From: Stegostoma tigrinum
Lineage: Eukaryota
Length of the DNA stretch: 64,000 nt
Assembly: GCF_030684315.1 (NCBI RefSeq)
Contig: NC_081358.1
Coordinates: 93,150,458-93,214,457, forward strand
Direction of reading: 5' to 3'
Shown here: in pieces, positions 62,317 to 64,000 of the stretch
Layout: every line of letters starts with the position of its first letter
How positions within the stretch are numbered: position 1 is the first letter of the stretch
The notes under the pieces: model-generated
What the model was told of the DNA's origin: nothing
Databases searched by the model: none
What the model saw: the letters and a program-made list of their open reading frames with translations, nothing else
Program-made: the position numbers and the translations under genes

Positions 62317-64000
62317 GTAAGAAATTTCAATGTTATTGTTCTAGTAAGTTTGGTATTAATTTCAAGTTGGAGCAGGATGTCTACATTCAACCTTTGTCAA
62401 CAAAGGCCCTGATGTTTATGTTGGGCTGGGTGTCGTGGGAGAGGGTATAGTCACAGCAGCAGCGAGATCCTGGCTTATTTTGACAGGGATGCCTCAGTAA
62501 TGTTTTCTCCCCCACCACCTTTCCATGTCCCAGCAGCGGCAGCCAGTCGGAATGAGGCCTTGGGCTGGCTTCAGGATGAGAGGTCTGCACCAGAGGGTCA
62601 TAGTCAGGAAGCAGAGAAGTGCGAGAGAGGATTGGGGTTTTGGGGGGGGGGGGGGGGGTGACTTTTGTGAAGATCCCAAGTTGGGCAGGATAGATTGTGG
62701 GATAAAGCATTGATTTTTGTTTGCGGAGTGAGGGGAAGCACTCCCACTATCTGACCCTGGGTTAAGGGTGGGGGTAGCAGTGGCGGGGGGTGAGGGGAGG
62801 TTGTAGTGCGCTGGATGATCAAAGACAGTCATATTTGTTTTCCTTGTGAGCTTGTGCACTGTGATTGTTGCCCAACCGGGGAAGGTCTCATCACTTGGCA
62901 TCTTTCTGGTCGCTGTGTCAATGAATTGTTTTAATAAGTTAATCACTTTATTGGGAGAAGAACAGAATTTGGGAAGGATTAAAATTACTTGTAACTGATA
63001 GAATCATTTACCATGTAATTATAATTGAGGGAAGTTCAAATTTTTGTGAAATTGTCTCCTTCACTTCTGTTATTGTGACTCAGTTTCCGTCAACTTATAG
63101 AGTCACACACAGCATGGAAACGTACCCTGTGGTCAAAGTAGTCCAGGCTGTGATCCCAAATTAAGCTAGAGCCACTTGCCTGTGTTTAGCCCATATCCCT
63201 CCAAACCTTTCTATTCGTGTACTTGTCCAGATGTCTTTTAAATGTTGTAACTGTACCTGCATCCACCACTTCCTCTGACAATTTATTCCATAAATGAACC
63301 ACTGTCAGTGTAATAGTGAGAAGCTACTTTTATCAGTCTACTACTGGCCTATCACATTAAGAAGTTAATACTCCTTTTAAAGTTTAACATATAATATTGA
63401 AAATACCTCAGTAGGTGTGATTTTGTTTTATTTTGTAACAAAAAGCTGGCAATCTTTGCATAATATCTAGTTTATAGCTTAGTTTCAGTCTTATAGAATA
63501 GGGATTTTCAAAGCTTTTGCTTCTTTTGCATTCCTGCCTTGTTATGAAAGCTTGACAGGTGTCTGTAACTTCAGTTTAATTTATAATTTTGGTTATTATT
63601 TTACTATTTCTGTTTTACTTGATGTGAATCTTGTTGTCAGTGGCCTAACTACATTTGTCAAGACACTGGTAATACCTTCGACAGTCACATGTTTGTCTTG
63701 GTCAGTGTTCACTCTGACTTGACACTTCATTTTATTGATGCCCCTGATGAAAATCAAGCTTTGCATTTGTGGGTTGTACAGTAAAAAATGGGGCCAACTA
63801 CTTGCAGTGGTGCAGAAGAAGCAGTGCATTCCCACCCAGGAAGACTCCCTCCCTCCTGACTGCCCCTGATAGCAGGAGCTCCCTCTGCATAAAAGCTTAA
63901 ATCCCTGAACATTCCAAAAATTCAAACACAACAGTCGGCTCATTTAAGGGCTGGAAACGTTGACTCAGAAAATGTCAGCAACTACCAGATTTTATTGGAT

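Noticed and set aside
62642-62800. Poly-G run and G-quadruplex-like tract
   Set aside because: Common low-complexity intronic feature; homopolymer length is unreliable.
63596-63943. 115-aa minus-strand ORF in a PTDSS1 intron
   Set aside because: No recognisable motif or splice context; probably a repeat remnant cut by the window edge.

Overview
Vertebrate genomic DNA, most likely an elasmobranch (shark): the repeats resemble HE1-type V-SINEs, DeuSINEs and CR1/HER1 LINEs. The window holds the conserved UQCRB - MTERF3 - PTDSS1 block. It contains UQCRB coding exon 1 and its CpG promoter (minus strand, ~3.8 kb), all 7 coding exons of MTERF3 (minus, 14767-29826, 415 aa) and the first 10 coding exons of PTDSS1 (plus, 36384-62316, continuing past the window). 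Four things stand out. (1) A ~2.37 kb Tigger/pogo element lies just upstream of the first MTERF3 coding exon. It has decayed TIRs but a stop-free ~597-codon JRKL/TIGD-like ORF with one 1-nt frameshift and two of three catalytic Asp changed to Asn. It also has its own splice acceptor, Kozak ATG and poly(A) signal, so it is a candidate domesticated exon-trap gene. (2) Several short, TSD-flanked, inverted-repeat Penelope-like insertions carry minimal hammerhead-ribozyme cores with covarying stems; one has a complete motif on each strand. (3) A doubly truncated, CpG-rich fragment of an R2-like RLE retrotransposon sits outside rDNA. (4) A 142-bp direct repeat brackets the UQCRB promoter and exon 1. 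Exon boundaries were read by hand, repeat boundaries are approximate, and family names come from motif recognition rather than database searches.
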